The notes beneath the pieces are model-generated. The model saw only the letters and a program-made list of their open reading frames with translations, was not told the origin of the DNA and searched no databases. A program made the position numbers and the translations under genes. Below are positions 8,482-17,601 of a DNA stretch of 64,000 nucleotides, piece by piece (position 1 is the first letter of the stretch; every line of letters begins with the position of its first letter). This DNA is from Parcubacteria group bacterium (GTDB lineage: Bacteria > Patescibacteriota > Minisyncoccia > Phycocordibacterales > UBA2135), in the NCBI GenBank assembly GCA_016180525.1, contig JACPBB010000001.1:251840-315839 (forward strand), written 5' to 3'.

Positions 8482-9282
8482 TTACATCCGCTCTTTCTCA
8501 ACCCTAAGAAAAGTAATGTACATTTTGATGAAATTTGAGACGAGAAATCCAAAATTATAGAGCAAAATAAGTAACAGGTACCCCGCAAGAAATTCCCATT
8601 TTCCAAAAAGAACAAAGATAGAAAACCACAAAATAAGACCCGGTTCTGAAAAAAAATTATCTTTAATAAGCACATGTCGATATAATTTTGCCATGTGAAA
8701 GAAAACGCTCATACTTCTGCCCGCCTCTTTCCTCACGAAAGAAGCCGTTTCCATATCATCTCCTCGGTGATGGCCCATTAAAAAATTAATTCTCTTTATG
8801 TTAATCGTTCTGTAGAGCAGAAAAAAAAGTGACGCGCTGATAGCTGCTATGAAAATAATTTCGGGAGATAGGGGCCCTACGGTGACTCCCTTTGAAAATA
8901 AAAGATAGCCGATTGATGAGGGTATAAATGTGTAGAAAAAATCGGCGCCCAACGCATCAAGCGCACCCCCGTACGTGGTTCTTCCGTGAACGCGCGCGAC
9001 ATCTCCGTCAGTTGAGTCAAGAACGCCAAAAATAAATATTCCAATAATTCCCGCGATGGCATATCCAAGTATAAATAAAATCGCGCTTGTTATAATTGCC
9101 ACTAAACTTAAAAAAGTTACAACATCCGCTGAAATGCCGAGATTTAAGAATATAAATGCAGAGTATGGGGAAAGCGCTTTTGTAATAATGTTTATTGGAA
9201 CAAACCGCTCCGCCAATCTCCGTGCTACAGGACGATTGGGATCGTAGCGAGTATCAAAAATTTGTTTTAGTGAGTATCTCAT
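8482..9282 (-). CDS. CDP-alcohol phosphatidyltransferase family membrane protein
   Basis: DSTDGDVARVHGRTTYGGALDALGAD matches the D-G-x2-A-R...G-x3-D-x3-D signature. Multiple TM helices. Confidence 0.75.
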   Translation of the reverse strand: MRYSLKQIFDTRYDPNRPVARRLAERFVPINIITKALSPYSAFIFLNLGISADVVTFLSLVAIITSAILFILGYAIAGIIGIFIFGVLDSTDGDVARVHGRTTYGGALDALGADFFYTFIPSSIGYLLFSKGVTVGPLSPEIIFIAAISASLFFLLYRTINIKRINFLMGHHRGDDMETASFVRKEAGRSMSVFFHMAKLYRHVLIKDNFFSEPGLILWFSIFVLFGKWEFLAGYLLLILLYNFGFLVSNFIKMYITFLRVEKERM

Positions 9283-9417
9283 AAATAAAATAATAACCCA
9301 AATAATCCGAATTATTTACTCGAAAATCCCGAATAAAATTGTGAATTAATAACTCTTTGGGGAATGTCATATAATACATTCGTGATTTTCGGGTATATTC
9401 GTAGATTCGGGTTATTG
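9283..9417. repeat. intergenic palindromic element, same family, copy 2
   Basis: AATAACCCAAATAATCCGAATTATTTACTCGAAAATCCCGAATAAAAT ... GATTTTCGGGTATATTCG ... ATTCGGGTTATTG. Fills the gap upstream of the CDP-alcohol phosphatidyltransferase gene. Confidence 0.75.
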
Positions 9418-10299
9418 CTAATAATGTTTAAACCAAACATCAAAAAGACTTGCTTCTTTAGGAAAATACGCCTTTTGTGCTTTTATGAGACGCTGATCCC
9501 CAAACATTGCCCCGAGGTCAAACAGCGCAAATAGATTATTTACCCATCGCGGGAGCTTAACCGTATTATACGGCCGATAATCAAAAAATTCCCCCATGCG
9601 ATGTTTTGTAATTTCCAGTGTCGGAAATTGATGAAATAGTTTTTGCACCTCCCGCTTTGTAAATATGGCCGTCTTTGGAGTCCCGCCATGGACTTCCGTC
9701 ACTTCATTATATACTTTCTGCCAATCAAGCCCATATCTAAACCACTTTCCCCGCAAAATACCATGAATGAAACATCGTTTTATGTAGTGCTTCCAGCCGC
9801 GCGCATAGACCGTTACAATCGCCTTTCCGTCTGGTTTTAAAACGCGAAACATTTCATTAACCGCTTTTTGGGTGTCTGGAGTATGGTGAATTACTCCAAG
9901 ACAAACAACAAGGTCAAATGTTCCGTCTTTAAATGGAAGCGCCTCTACGTTTGCTTCTCGAACTTCTTTATACGGCAAGTTTCTTAAATTAAAATTAAGT
10001 TTCGTAAGCATTACTTGGTCCGGCCCTAAATCAGTTGCGGTTACATTCGCGCCATACTTTGCATATTCAACCGAATCGGTCCCGATACCGCATCCTATTT
10101 CAAGTACATCCTCTCCCCGATGATATTCAAACTCCATCTCGTTTTTTATGTATTCGTAATATATTTTATATCGCTTATAGGCAAGTTCATTAAACCACGG
10201 GAGTGTAAACGGCGTTCTTTTTGAATACCACTGCTGGGGAATATTTTTCTTTCCCCAATATTGTTTTACTTCATCAATGGTTATTGCTTTCTTGTCCAT
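9418..10299 (-). CDS. class I SAM-dependent methyltransferase
   Basis: LEIGCGIGTD, ATDLGP, FDLVVCLGVIHHTPD, LKPDGKAIV motifs. Confidence 0.85.
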   Translation of the reverse strand: MDKKAITIDEVKQYWGKKNIPQQWYSKRTPFTLPWFNELAYKRYKIYYEYIKNEMEFEYHRGEDVLEIGCGIGTDSVEYAKYGANVTATDLGPDQVMLTKLNFNLRNLPYKEVREANVEALPFKDGTFDLVVCLGVIHHTPDTQKAVNEMFRVLKPDGKAIVTVYARGWKHYIKRCFIHGILRGKWFRYGLDWQKVYNEVTEVHGGTPKTAIFTKREVQKLFHQFPTLEITKHRMGEFFDYRPYNTVKLPRWVNNLFALFDLGAMFGDQRLIKAQKAYFPKEASLFDVWFKHY

Positions 10300-10347
10300 G
10301 AGTTTGATAGTAAATTAAAACAGGAATAAAGACAAGAATGTTGCCTA

Positions 10348-10381
10348 AAGAAAAAACGGGCATGCGCAATGCGCGTGCCCG
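10348..10381 (-). terminator. rho-independent terminator after gene 10391-10867
   Basis: 11-bp GC-rich stem CGGGCATGCGC/GCGCGTGCCCG (one G:U) with AAT loop at about 10357-10381. On the minus strand it is followed by a TTTTTTCTTT tract (plus-strand A-run about 10351-10356). Confidence 0.7.
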
Positions 10382-10390
10382 TAAAACGTT

Positions 10391-10867
10391 TTATGCGAGG
10401 AGCCGTCTGACTTCCTCACCAATATCTCTCGGTGCCTCTGATTCCGGAATAGGAACGGCATCTCCTTTAACCGACGGAAGCCGAAACGAAAACCATCTCG
10501 TCCCATCCTCAAGGGCAAGCCACGTGTGCCAAACTCCGGGTCCATAAAAAATAACATCCGATTGCCTATCCATGATAACCGTTTGCCTAGGAAGGAAGAC
10601 TGCCAAGCGACCGCTTACCAAAAACGAGAACGTGGAAACTGTTTTGTAATCAACCCATGAGGCATTCGGGTTGCCGTTACCCCATTTTGAAAATCCGCGA
10701 TTTGCTTCAGTATATGCAGTCTCAAAGTCAGTCCGATGTTGCAAGCTGCCATCGGGCATAAAATTGCCGATAAACCAGTTCGGGCCCTTTGCCTTATCCA
10801 TAATTTGTTTCGCGACAATTTCTGCCGCATTGCCGGTAAAGAAAGCAGGCTTCCCACAACAGGACAT
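10391..10867 (-). CDS. hypothetical protein (possible cupin-like fold)
   Basis: 158-aa ORF in a locally GC-richer block with its own terminator. Weak G...P.G..H cupin-like motif (VIFYGPGVWHTW). No confident family assignment. Confidence 0.4.
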   Translation of the reverse strand: MSCCGKPAFFTGNAAEIVAKQIMDKAKGPNWFIGNFMPDGSLQHRTDFETAYTEANRGFSKWGNGNPNASWVDYKTVSTFSFLVSGRLAVFLPRQTVIMDRQSDVIFYGPGVWHTWLALEDGTRWFSFRLPSVKGDAVPIPESEAPRDIGEEVRRLLA

Positions 10868-10985
10868 TTTCGTCCTCCACGGTTGTTCCTGTGAAAAGAC
10901 TACACTATTTATTAAATAATGTCAAGTTTGACAAAATATTTTAATATGATAAAAAACAAAAAGCATTTAAAACAGGGCGATAAGA

Positions 10986-11396
10986 ATGGGTGTAGAAAAC
11001 AAGGTGGAAGTGGTAGTCGGAACTATCGTTGATGGTAAAACAGTAGCCGAAATTGGGAATATATTTTACAAAACAGAAGAAAAAATAGATTGGCGAAAAG
11101 ATGTTCCGGCTAAGTTTACTGATGGAACTTGCGGCGTAGTCATATTTTTCCCCGAGGACGGCCGAATGTCACTGCGTACGTTAAGATCTCCTGAGGGAAG
11201 GAGACTCCTTGAGACGTCTACGGAAGTCCCGACCATATGGCACGTTGACGGTGGACTACACGTCGTGGTCACAGCGCCAAAAACAAAAAAGGGGTTTTCT
11301 AAAACAGTTCGCATTGAATATTCGTGGATGGATGTAGATAGTATGGGTCAGCCATCAGAGGGAATTTGTTATTTTGCCAAAGCCGATAGGTGGTAA
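10986..11396 (+). CDS. hypothetical protein
   Basis: 136-aa ORF. It is one of only three plus-strand genes in the window, divergent from 10391-10867 and followed by a bidirectional terminator. No recognisable domain. Confidence 0.45.
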   Translation: MGVENKVEVVVGTIVDGKTVAEIGNIFYKTEEKIDWRKDVPAKFTDGTCGVVIFFPEDGRMSLRTLRSPEGRRLLETSTEVPTIWHVDGGLHVVVTAPKTKKGFSKTVRIEYSWMDVDSMGQPSEGICYFAKADRW

Positions 11397-11400
11397 TATA

Positions 11401-11434
11401 AAACATCTCGTTTTTTAAAACGAGGTGTTTTTTC
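11401..11434. terminator. bidirectional rho-independent terminator between convergent genes
   Basis: CATCTCGTTTT TT AAAACGAGGTG hairpin flanked by an A-run upstream and TTTTTTC downstream. Lies between the stop of 10986-11396 (+) and the stop of 11444-13486 (-). Confidence 0.65.
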
Positions 11435-11443
11435 TTTCTAATA

Positions 11444-13486
11444 TCAGTTGCGACTCGCTTCAATACTTATTGGAAAAGAAAATTTTCTGCCCGCGCGCTG
11501 TTCAGCAAGAAAGCTTGTTTCATTGAATTCTCCGAGAGAATATAAAACACGCAAAAGAAAGGTCTCTTCCCGTGGCATGTCGTTAAATTGGAGCATCGGG
11601 AGTCCCGCGACTTGTGCCATATCAGTTTTCAGCACAAAGTGTTTTTCTTTATCACCAATCACAAAAATTCCTTCGGTGTTACCGAGCGCGGTACGAGAAG
11701 AAACAAGTGAAGAAACCGGGGTCAGATTAATATTTTTGCTTTGTGAGAGAGAAAAACGCTCAATATCTAGTCCCCCGTTATGACAGCCGTAATAGAGCGT
11801 TTCACGGTCAAATGATTCTGGAATGAATGTAAAAATTCCCGAACGAAACGAAGACGGTGAAACTCCCTTTAAATCAAAAGAAAAAATATAATCAATCTTT
11901 GGCTTTCGTTTATGCACTCGTATTGTTTTATGTATTATTCCCGCGTCAATAGACACGTTGCCGGAAATCTCAATATATAAAGGCTCGTTTTTTACGTGGG
12001 CATTAGAAAGATTCATCAAATCAGTCATTTCTGGCCGCATGGGAATATCAATTGAAGTGTGGCCACTTAAAAAGTCATCTCCGAGAGTTATGTCATCATA
12101 ATAACCATGTGGAACGGTGCCCACAATGGGCTTATGATAAACCTTCGGAAATAGGAGGGACTCAACGGCAAGCCCTCTCTTTGTATTAAAAATTGCGTGC
12201 ACATCTGGCGTTTTAACAATAAGTCGTCCCCGCTCCTCATGCCACGTACCTTCTGTATTGCTCTCAAAGAAGGCGCCGTCTATCTGTGCATTATCCGCTG
12301 GGTGGACAATACTCAATGCAGTTTTTCGTGCATTTTCAAGTTTGTTTAAAAATTTTTTATACCGCTCCTCTTCAATGTGCGTCCTAAAATCGCTGCCCCA
12401 CAAATAGCAGAGCTCTTTCCAGGTGTCGCCGGACACACTATTTCCTCCGCGCGCATTTTCAATGGCATTTAGATGATTAAAAATTTTAAAACATTTTGAA
12501 TTTATTTTTACATTATCACGTCCGGTGAGAGCCCAACGAGTAATGTTATATTTCAACTGTTTTTTAACCGGAATGGGCTGGTCAGAAGATTCAAGCGACA
12601 GAGCATGAAACGCGTGTGGTGATTTTATTTCCAAGATATTTTCGGAAAACACGAGGTGCGTGTTATCCTCTTCCCGTAGATGCTCAAAAAGAGTTCGAAT
12701 GCGCTCCCACTCTCCCGCATCTTCGGAGAGCGCCTCTTCCTTATATCGGCCTGGTCTAAAATCAAAAATTTCAACATCACTGCCATACAGCGGAAATGCG
12801 CGTTCAGCTTCTCCTCTATGAGAGCGAATGTATGCAAGATATTCGTCTAAATCAAGTTCATTGTGCGCATATTGCTGAAACTTTTGAAAGGCAATGGAGT
12901 TATTCCAAATGACCGGAAGCGAATTATTATTATGGTCTATTGCGTGGTGGGAATAATACTGAAACTCTTCCGGCCACTCCGGATGAGAAAGACGAGGATT
13001 ATTCCACTCCATAATAATTGCCGCATATCCCGCTTTCTTATAGTGCGCGATGAGACTGCGCGAATACGCCTGTTCGTTTACATACGCAATAGTCGGCTTA
13101 ATGCCCAATAAGGATTCATATATCTGATTACCGATTTTTAAATTTTCCTCATTCACGCGAGAGGGTACGAGAGGCCCAATAATTTGCGCATAGCCGCTTC
13201 CGACGAATGTAACCACACCACGCTTCAATAAATCACGAAATAAAGAAATCCAGCTGGGATCAAGCTCTTGTATGCGCTCCAAAGTATATCCGCTTGCCTC
13301 AATGGTAATAGCACCCGGGAAATCATTCGCAAGGTTAAGAAGCGGCCAATAGCAACGTTTAATAACAACGCCCCTGAATTTCTCCGGGATTGAGGAATAC
13401 GAAAGATTTAAGTGAAAAACCGAATATATATTAAGTTTTCCCTTTTGTGGTGATCCTGTCGAACTACGTTTTTGATTTATATCCAT
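11444..13486 (-). CDS. glycoside hydrolase family 57 protein (alpha-glucan acting)
   Basis: FHLNLSY (cf. GH57 HxHxPY), AYVNEQAY (cf. nucleophile motif WLPECAY) and YGSDVEIFDF (cf. acid/base motif YDAELFGHW). 680 aa. Confidence 0.6.
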   Translation of the reverse strand: MDINQKRSSTGSPQKGKLNIYSVFHLNLSYSSIPEKFRGVVIKRCYWPLLNLANDFPGAITIEASGYTLERIQELDPSWISLFRDLLKRGVVTFVGSGYAQIIGPLVPSRVNEENLKIGNQIYESLLGIKPTIAYVNEQAYSRSLIAHYKKAGYAAIIMEWNNPRLSHPEWPEEFQYYSHHAIDHNNNSLPVIWNNSIAFQKFQQYAHNELDLDEYLAYIRSHRGEAERAFPLYGSDVEIFDFRPGRYKEEALSEDAGEWERIRTLFEHLREEDNTHLVFSENILEIKSPHAFHALSLESSDQPIPVKKQLKYNITRWALTGRDNVKINSKCFKIFNHLNAIENARGGNSVSGDTWKELCYLWGSDFRTHIEEERYKKFLNKLENARKTALSIVHPADNAQIDGAFFESNTEGTWHEERGRLIVKTPDVHAIFNTKRGLAVESLLFPKVYHKPIVGTVPHGYYDDITLGDDFLSGHTSIDIPMRPEMTDLMNLSNAHVKNEPLYIEISGNVSIDAGIIHKTIRVHKRKPKIDYIFSFDLKGVSPSSFRSGIFTFIPESFDRETLYYGCHNGGLDIERFSLSQSKNINLTPVSSLVSSRTALGNTEGIFVIGDKEKHFVLKTDMAQVAGLPMLQFNDMPREETFLLRVLYSLGEFNETSFLAEQRAGRKFSFPISIEASRN

Positions 13487-13530
13487 GTCGAATATATAAC
13501 CTATATTACATTACTTAGGTTAGTTTCATG

Positions 13531-13568
13531 TAAAGATAAAGGCTGTCCCAAGGACAGCCTTTGTGTTT
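13531..13568. terminator. rho-independent terminator downstream of the SDR gene (minus-strand operon end)
   Basis: Perfect hairpin GGCTGTCC-CAA-GGACAGCC at about 13541-13559 with T-rich runs on both sides (TTTATCTTTA on the minus side, TTTGTGTTT on the plus side). Confidence 0.7.
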
Positions 13569-13573
13569 AATTT

Positions 13574-14257
13574 TTATATCAGTGGATTTCTGTTAATCAT
13601 ATATGCGGGATCAAAATCAATGACACTCCCCGAAACCGCTTTCGCGCCCCCTTCCGCAAGCCATATTACATAGGAAGCCACATCTTCTGGTTCAATGAAA
13701 CGACCAGAGGGAATTTTTTGAGAAACAGCCTTCAGAAATTCCGGATTAGGCGGAGTTGCTTTCATGAATTTGGAAAGATGCCCGAGCCGAATACAATGAG
13801 TTGCAATGCCAAATTGGCCCCACTCAACAGCAAGCTCTCGCGTAAGGCCTTCTAAGCCAGCTTTTGAAGCCACATAGGCAACACGCCTAGGATACGGATG
13901 CGTAACATTGATAGAAGAAATTGTAATAAATGTGGAATGACCCGCCTTTTTCATTCTAGGAAACGCGGCGCGTGCAAATAAAAATGCTCCTGTCAAATTT
14001 ACGGCAAGGACATGATTCCATTCATCAAGAGAAAGTGATTCTGTTTCCTTAACAATGTTAGCCCCTGGACAATATATAGCGACATGAATCGTGTTGGGCA
14101 AGTCTTGATATGATTCTTCTTTGGTTGCGTCTGGATGATCTTCCGTGAGCCATGTCGGATGAACCGAGTACCCTGCATGAGTGAGCGTTTTAGCAATAGC
14201 CCCACCAAGATTCCCTGTCGCACCAACAACAACCGCATTTTTATTTTGTGTGTTCAT
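13574..14257 (-). CDS. SDR family NAD(P)-dependent oxidoreductase
   Basis: VVGATGNLGGAIA Rossmann motif and YVASK catalytic YxxxK. Start moved to the internal ATG (MNTQNKN), which has an AAGGTG Shine-Dalgarno 8 nt upstream. The longer track ORF overlaps the upstream gene. Confidence 0.85.
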   Translation of the reverse strand: MNTQNKNAVVVGATGNLGGAIAKTLTHAGYSVHPTWLTEDHPDATKEESYQDLPNTIHVAIYCPGANIVKETESLSLDEWNHVLAVNLTGAFLFARAAFPRMKKAGHSTFITISSINVTHPYPRRVAYVASKAGLEGLTRELAVEWGQFGIATHCIRLGHLSKFMKATPPNPEFLKAVSQKIPSGRFIEPEDVASYVIWLAEGGAKAVSGSVIDFDPAYMINRNPLI

Positions 14258-14259
14258 TG

Positions 14260-14859
14260 TTATTTCACCTTTTCCCAATGAGCGTGCTTTGCTAAGTATA
14301 CCCAAACATACGAAACGTGCACACCCGGCTCTCCAACCACGGGATGGTACCCCATGGGGATTGTGCTAAACGTGTGGCTCTTCACGGGCCACATCTCATC
14401 AACCGGTTTGCCATCATGCCAAACACCCTTTCCTCTCTGCCAGGCAACAGGCTCTCTGCCACGCACCCCACCCGTTAAAATGTGGAAAAAGACTTCTTCA
14501 AATCCTACTTCAGGATTCAATTCAAAATCATGCGGAAGAGACGACCATGTTCCAAAACCACGATGTTTTGTAATACCAAGACGCATTGTGGGAGCTGGCC
14601 CCCCTGGTTTTAAAAAATGATACACGTCTCTTTCTGCGTTTCCTTCCCCAACAACAATGCGATGCGCTTCCTCGGCTTTAACCAAAATAGGTTTTTGATT
14701 ACCGCTTTCCGTAAAAACTACTTCTTTTATATCACCCCCATCAAGAACTACCCGCGCACGTTCAATATTGGTCTTAAAAATCAAAACGCTCGGATTGCCC
14801 GGAAGATGTGATGCCGTAAGCGAGTCTAATTTTGGTGTATTGCTCCATTGTGCAAGCAT
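14260..14859 (-). CDS. KduI/IolB-family cupin sugar isomerase (5-keto-4-deoxyuronate / 5-deoxyglucuronate isomerase-like)
   Basis: EEVFFHILTGG...IPMGYHPVVGEPGVHVSYVWVYLA resembles IolB EEIYYHE...VPKGYHPVGVPDGYDSYYLNVMAG. Start placed at the internal Met (MLAQW), which has an AAGGAAAA Shine-Dalgarno upstream. The track ORF (to 14979) overlaps the neighbouring gene. Confidence 0.45.
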   Translation of the reverse strand: MLAQWSNTPKLDSLTASHLPGNPSVLIFKTNIERARVVLDGGDIKEVVFTESGNQKPILVKAEEAHRIVVGEGNAERDVYHFLKPGGPAPTMRLGITKHRGFGTWSSLPHDFELNPEVGFEEVFFHILTGGVRGREPVAWQRGKGVWHDGKPVDEMWPVKSHTFSTIPMGYHPVVGEPGVHVSYVWVYLAKHAHWEKVK

Positions 14860-14938
14860 ATTATTTTCCTTATGCATTATTCTTTTGTATCTAACATTAA
14901 TAGTGCACAATAAGTTGTTGCCACCTAAGAAAAATTTC

Positions 14939-16258
14939 TCATGATGTCCATGCTTTTCCTTGCGGAAATTCAAATTCATTTAAACTTTTTTGATACATTT
15001 CCGAACTATATCCAGCTTTTTCAGGAACAAGATAGCGGCCATTTTTTATGGTAACAGGATCAAGAAAGTGTTCGTGGAGATGTCCGACATATTCAAGTAT
15101 TCTATTTTCAAGTGAGCCACTTACACAAATATAATCAAAAAGTGAAATGTGAAGCGCTGATTCAGAAAGGCCAACACCTCCACCGTGCGGACATACGGGA
15201 ATTTTAAATTTTGCTGCCATAAGTATTACTGCAAGAACTTCGTTTACCCCTCCAAGACGAAACGTGTCCAGTTGGCAAAATTTCATAGCATCCGTTTGAA
15301 AAAATTGCTTAAACATCACTCTGTTGTGGCAGTGCTCACCGGTTGCAACTCCTATTGGAGTAATTGCTTTTGAAATCGCTGCGTGCCCCAAAATATCATC
15401 GGGGTTTGTCGGTTCTTCAATCCAATACGGGTTATATTCAGCAAGTATGTGCATATTTTTTATCGCGTCGGTAACCCCCCACACCTGGTTGGCATCAACC
15501 ATAAGTTTTCGATTTGGTCCAATTTCTTCGCGAATAATTTTTGCCCGACGTATGTCGTCTTTAATATCCGCGCCAACCTTTAATTTAAAATCATTCCAGC
15601 CGTGTGCCATCGCCTCTCGGCACAATGTTCGAATTTTTTCATCAGAATAGCCAAGCCACCCAGCCGCGGTTGTGTAGGCAGGAAACCCAACTTTTTTAAT
15701 TTCTGTCTCACGCATATTCCGAGTTCCCTGTAATTTTTTAAGCATTTTTAGCGTCTCCTCCTGTGTAAGGGCATCTTCAATGTAACGAAAAGGAACGCAC
15801 GCGACGAGCTCTTCGGGTGTCATGTCTACAAGTAATTTCCACAGTGGTTTATGTTCCGCTTTTGCATACAAATCCCACAGAGCATTCACCACGGCCGCCG
15901 TGGAGAGATGCATAACTCCTTTTTCAGGCCCAAGCCACCGTAGCTGACTATCACCCACAAGCTCATACCACAATCCACCCATATCAGAAGCAATTGAATC
16001 AAACGTCCTGCCAACAACCTTTTGCGCAATTTCCTTTATCGCCGCAACGCATAAATCATTGCCTCTACCTATTGTGAATGTAAGTCCATGGCCCTCTAAT
16101 CCACTTGAACTATCGGTATAAAAAATAACATATGCCGCCGAGTAATCGGGGGCTGTATTCATTGCATCTGATCCATCAAGATTGCGCGATGTTGGAAAAC
16201 GAATATCCTTTACGGTAAAACCCGTTATAACAAAATTGTGACTATTGCCTGTGGTCAT
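14939..16258 (-). CDS. fucD: L-fuconate dehydratase-family acid-sugar dehydratase (enolase superfamily, FucD subgroup)
   Basis: Near-full-length motif-by-motif match to FucD: DIRFPTSR, DGSDAMN, DYSAAYV, GRGND, DSQLRWLGPEKGVMH, GWLGYSDEK, KLKVGA, DDIRR, DANQ.WGV, EEPTNPDD, GEH..NRV.FKQ, GGVNE, AAKF, PHGGGVGL, HLHEHFLDPV. Confidence 0.8.
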   Translation of the reverse strand: MTTGNSHNFVITGFTVKDIRFPTSRNLDGSDAMNTAPDYSAAYVIFYTDSSSGLEGHGLTFTIGRGNDLCVAAIKEIAQKVVGRTFDSIASDMGGLWYELVGDSQLRWLGPEKGVMHLSTAAVVNALWDLYAKAEHKPLWKLLVDMTPEELVACVPFRYIEDALTQEETLKMLKKLQGTRNMRETEIKKVGFPAYTTAAGWLGYSDEKIRTLCREAMAHGWNDFKLKVGADIKDDIRRAKIIREEIGPNRKLMVDANQVWGVTDAIKNMHILAEYNPYWIEEPTNPDDILGHAAISKAITPIGVATGEHCHNRVMFKQFFQTDAMKFCQLDTFRLGGVNEVLAVILMAAKFKIPVCPHGGGVGLSESALHISLFDYICVSGSLENRILEYVGHLHEHFLDPVTIKNGRYLVPEKAGYSSEMYQKSLNEFEFPQGKAWTS

Positions 16259-17601
16259 GGTGATACGTAAAACAATATTATATCTCCGACATTTGTTCCC
16301 GTTGGCCCTCCAGTATCTATGTTTGAATTTATTGGCCGAAGTAAACTGCCAGTTTTATGCACTTCCAAAAAAGAAGCAATGGAATTTGTAAGCTCTTTTT
16401 CCTCTATTACACGAAGAGTGTCCGCGTCAATAATTGCTCCAGCGGACTCGGCTATAAAATCTACCCCATCGGTTGCAATAGATGCAATACACCAATTGCC
16501 CGGCAATGGCCTTAATGAAGCAAGATGAAGACAGGTAGCTATAAATTCCTGATTTCTGCCGCCTTTTTTATGAGGATAATCAAGCGTCACAGTTGTTTCG
16601 CCGCCATAGAGAAATAGAGTTGGTTTTGTAATAAGACGCGCTCTAGTATCTTCATATATGCGACGCGCGACTTCTTTTGCTTCCCCTTGTATGCGCGGCT
16701 CCACAACGGTCGCAATACTAAGCCTTTCTGCTTCTTTTTTTACTGCGCTTAAGAGAGTTTCGTTATGAGCAACAATATACTGATGAACTGCTGGCGGTTT
16801 ATCTGGCAAAGAAATTTTTTGTTCAGATTTTTTCAGAAAAGAAGTGATGGCAGAAGGAACGTCTTTGAGTAATTTTAAATTTTCAAATATACGCAATACA
16901 TCTTCACGCGTTGTTTGATTTCTTGAAAACGGTCCCGACGCTGTCATTCCGTGTCCAGCCCCTCCATTATCATCAGAAATAATGAAAGAAAGGATTGACG
17001 CTGGAGCAAAGTGTTCGGCCAATTTTCCCCCCTTTACGCGCGAAAGGTGTGACTTAATAGTGGTATTTTCATACCCGCTTGCGCTACGAGAGATGAGCAG
17101 CTCCGTCATCTTTTGCTTATCGGCAAGCGTTATTTCCGGGACAGGACAAACAAGCATTGAAGACCCTCCCCCTGAAATAAGCCCTATTATCAAATCATTT
17201 TCAGCAATATTATATTCTTCCTTAAGGGCAAGTATTCGCTTTGTGGCGCTTACGTTTTTTTCTGAAGGAACTGGGTGATCTGCCAATAAAAGCTTAATTT
17301 TTTTTGTTTTCGCGTTTTTATCATTTGACAGCACAATCCCAGCCGTAATTCTATTTGCCCCAATCATATCTTCAAGTGTTTCTGCCATTGCCGCAGATGC
17401 TTTTCCGGCGCCAATGACAAAAATTCTCTTGCCAAGAATATTATATTGTCCATTCGGAGTAAAAAGTGTGTCTCCTGTGAGGTTCAGCGCTTGTTTTAAT
17501 GCCTGACGGGGTAAAACGCTTTTAATTCCCGCTTCTGCAAGAGACAGCACGATTTTTCGCTCTGAAGTCGTCGCGAGTAAATTAAAATTTTTAATAATCA
17601 T
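16255..17601 (-). CDS. glycerate 2-kinase, MOFRL family (GckA/TtuD-like)
   Basis: 448 aa with the FVIGAGKASAAMA N-terminal domain and a C-terminal domain typical of the DUF4147+MOFRL architecture. Confidence 0.55.
   Translation of the reverse strand: MIIKNFNLLATTSERKIVLSLAEAGIKSVLPRQALKQALNLTGDTLFTPNGQYNILGKRIFVIGAGKASAAMAETLEDMIGANRITAGIVLSNDKNAKTKKIKLLLADHPVPSEKNVSATKRILALKEEYNIAENDLIIGLISGGGSSMLVCPVPEITLADKQKMTELLISRSASGYENTTIKSHLSRVKGGKLAEHFAPASILSFIISDDNGGAGHGMTASGPFSRNQTTREDVLRIFENLKLLKDVPSAITSFLKKSEQKISLPDKPPAVHQYIVAHNETLLSAVKKEAERLSIATVVEPRIQGEAKEVARRIYEDTRARLITKPTLFLYGGETTVTLDYPHKKGGRNQEFIATCLHLASLRPLPGNWCIASIATDGVDFIAESAGAIIDADTLRVIEEKELTNSIASFLEVHKTGSLLRPINSNIDTGGPTGTNVGDIILFYVSP

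Noticed and set aside
14860-14979. Upstream extensions of ORFs 14260-14979, 13574-14305, 39805-40989, 53362-54498, 54519-55757 and 55758-57206 that overlap neighbouring genes
   Set aside because: The track uses the longest ORF, including GTG/TTG starts. Internal ATG codons with better Shine-Dalgarno context and family-consistent N-termini were preferred, which also removes the 40-55-nt gene overlaps.
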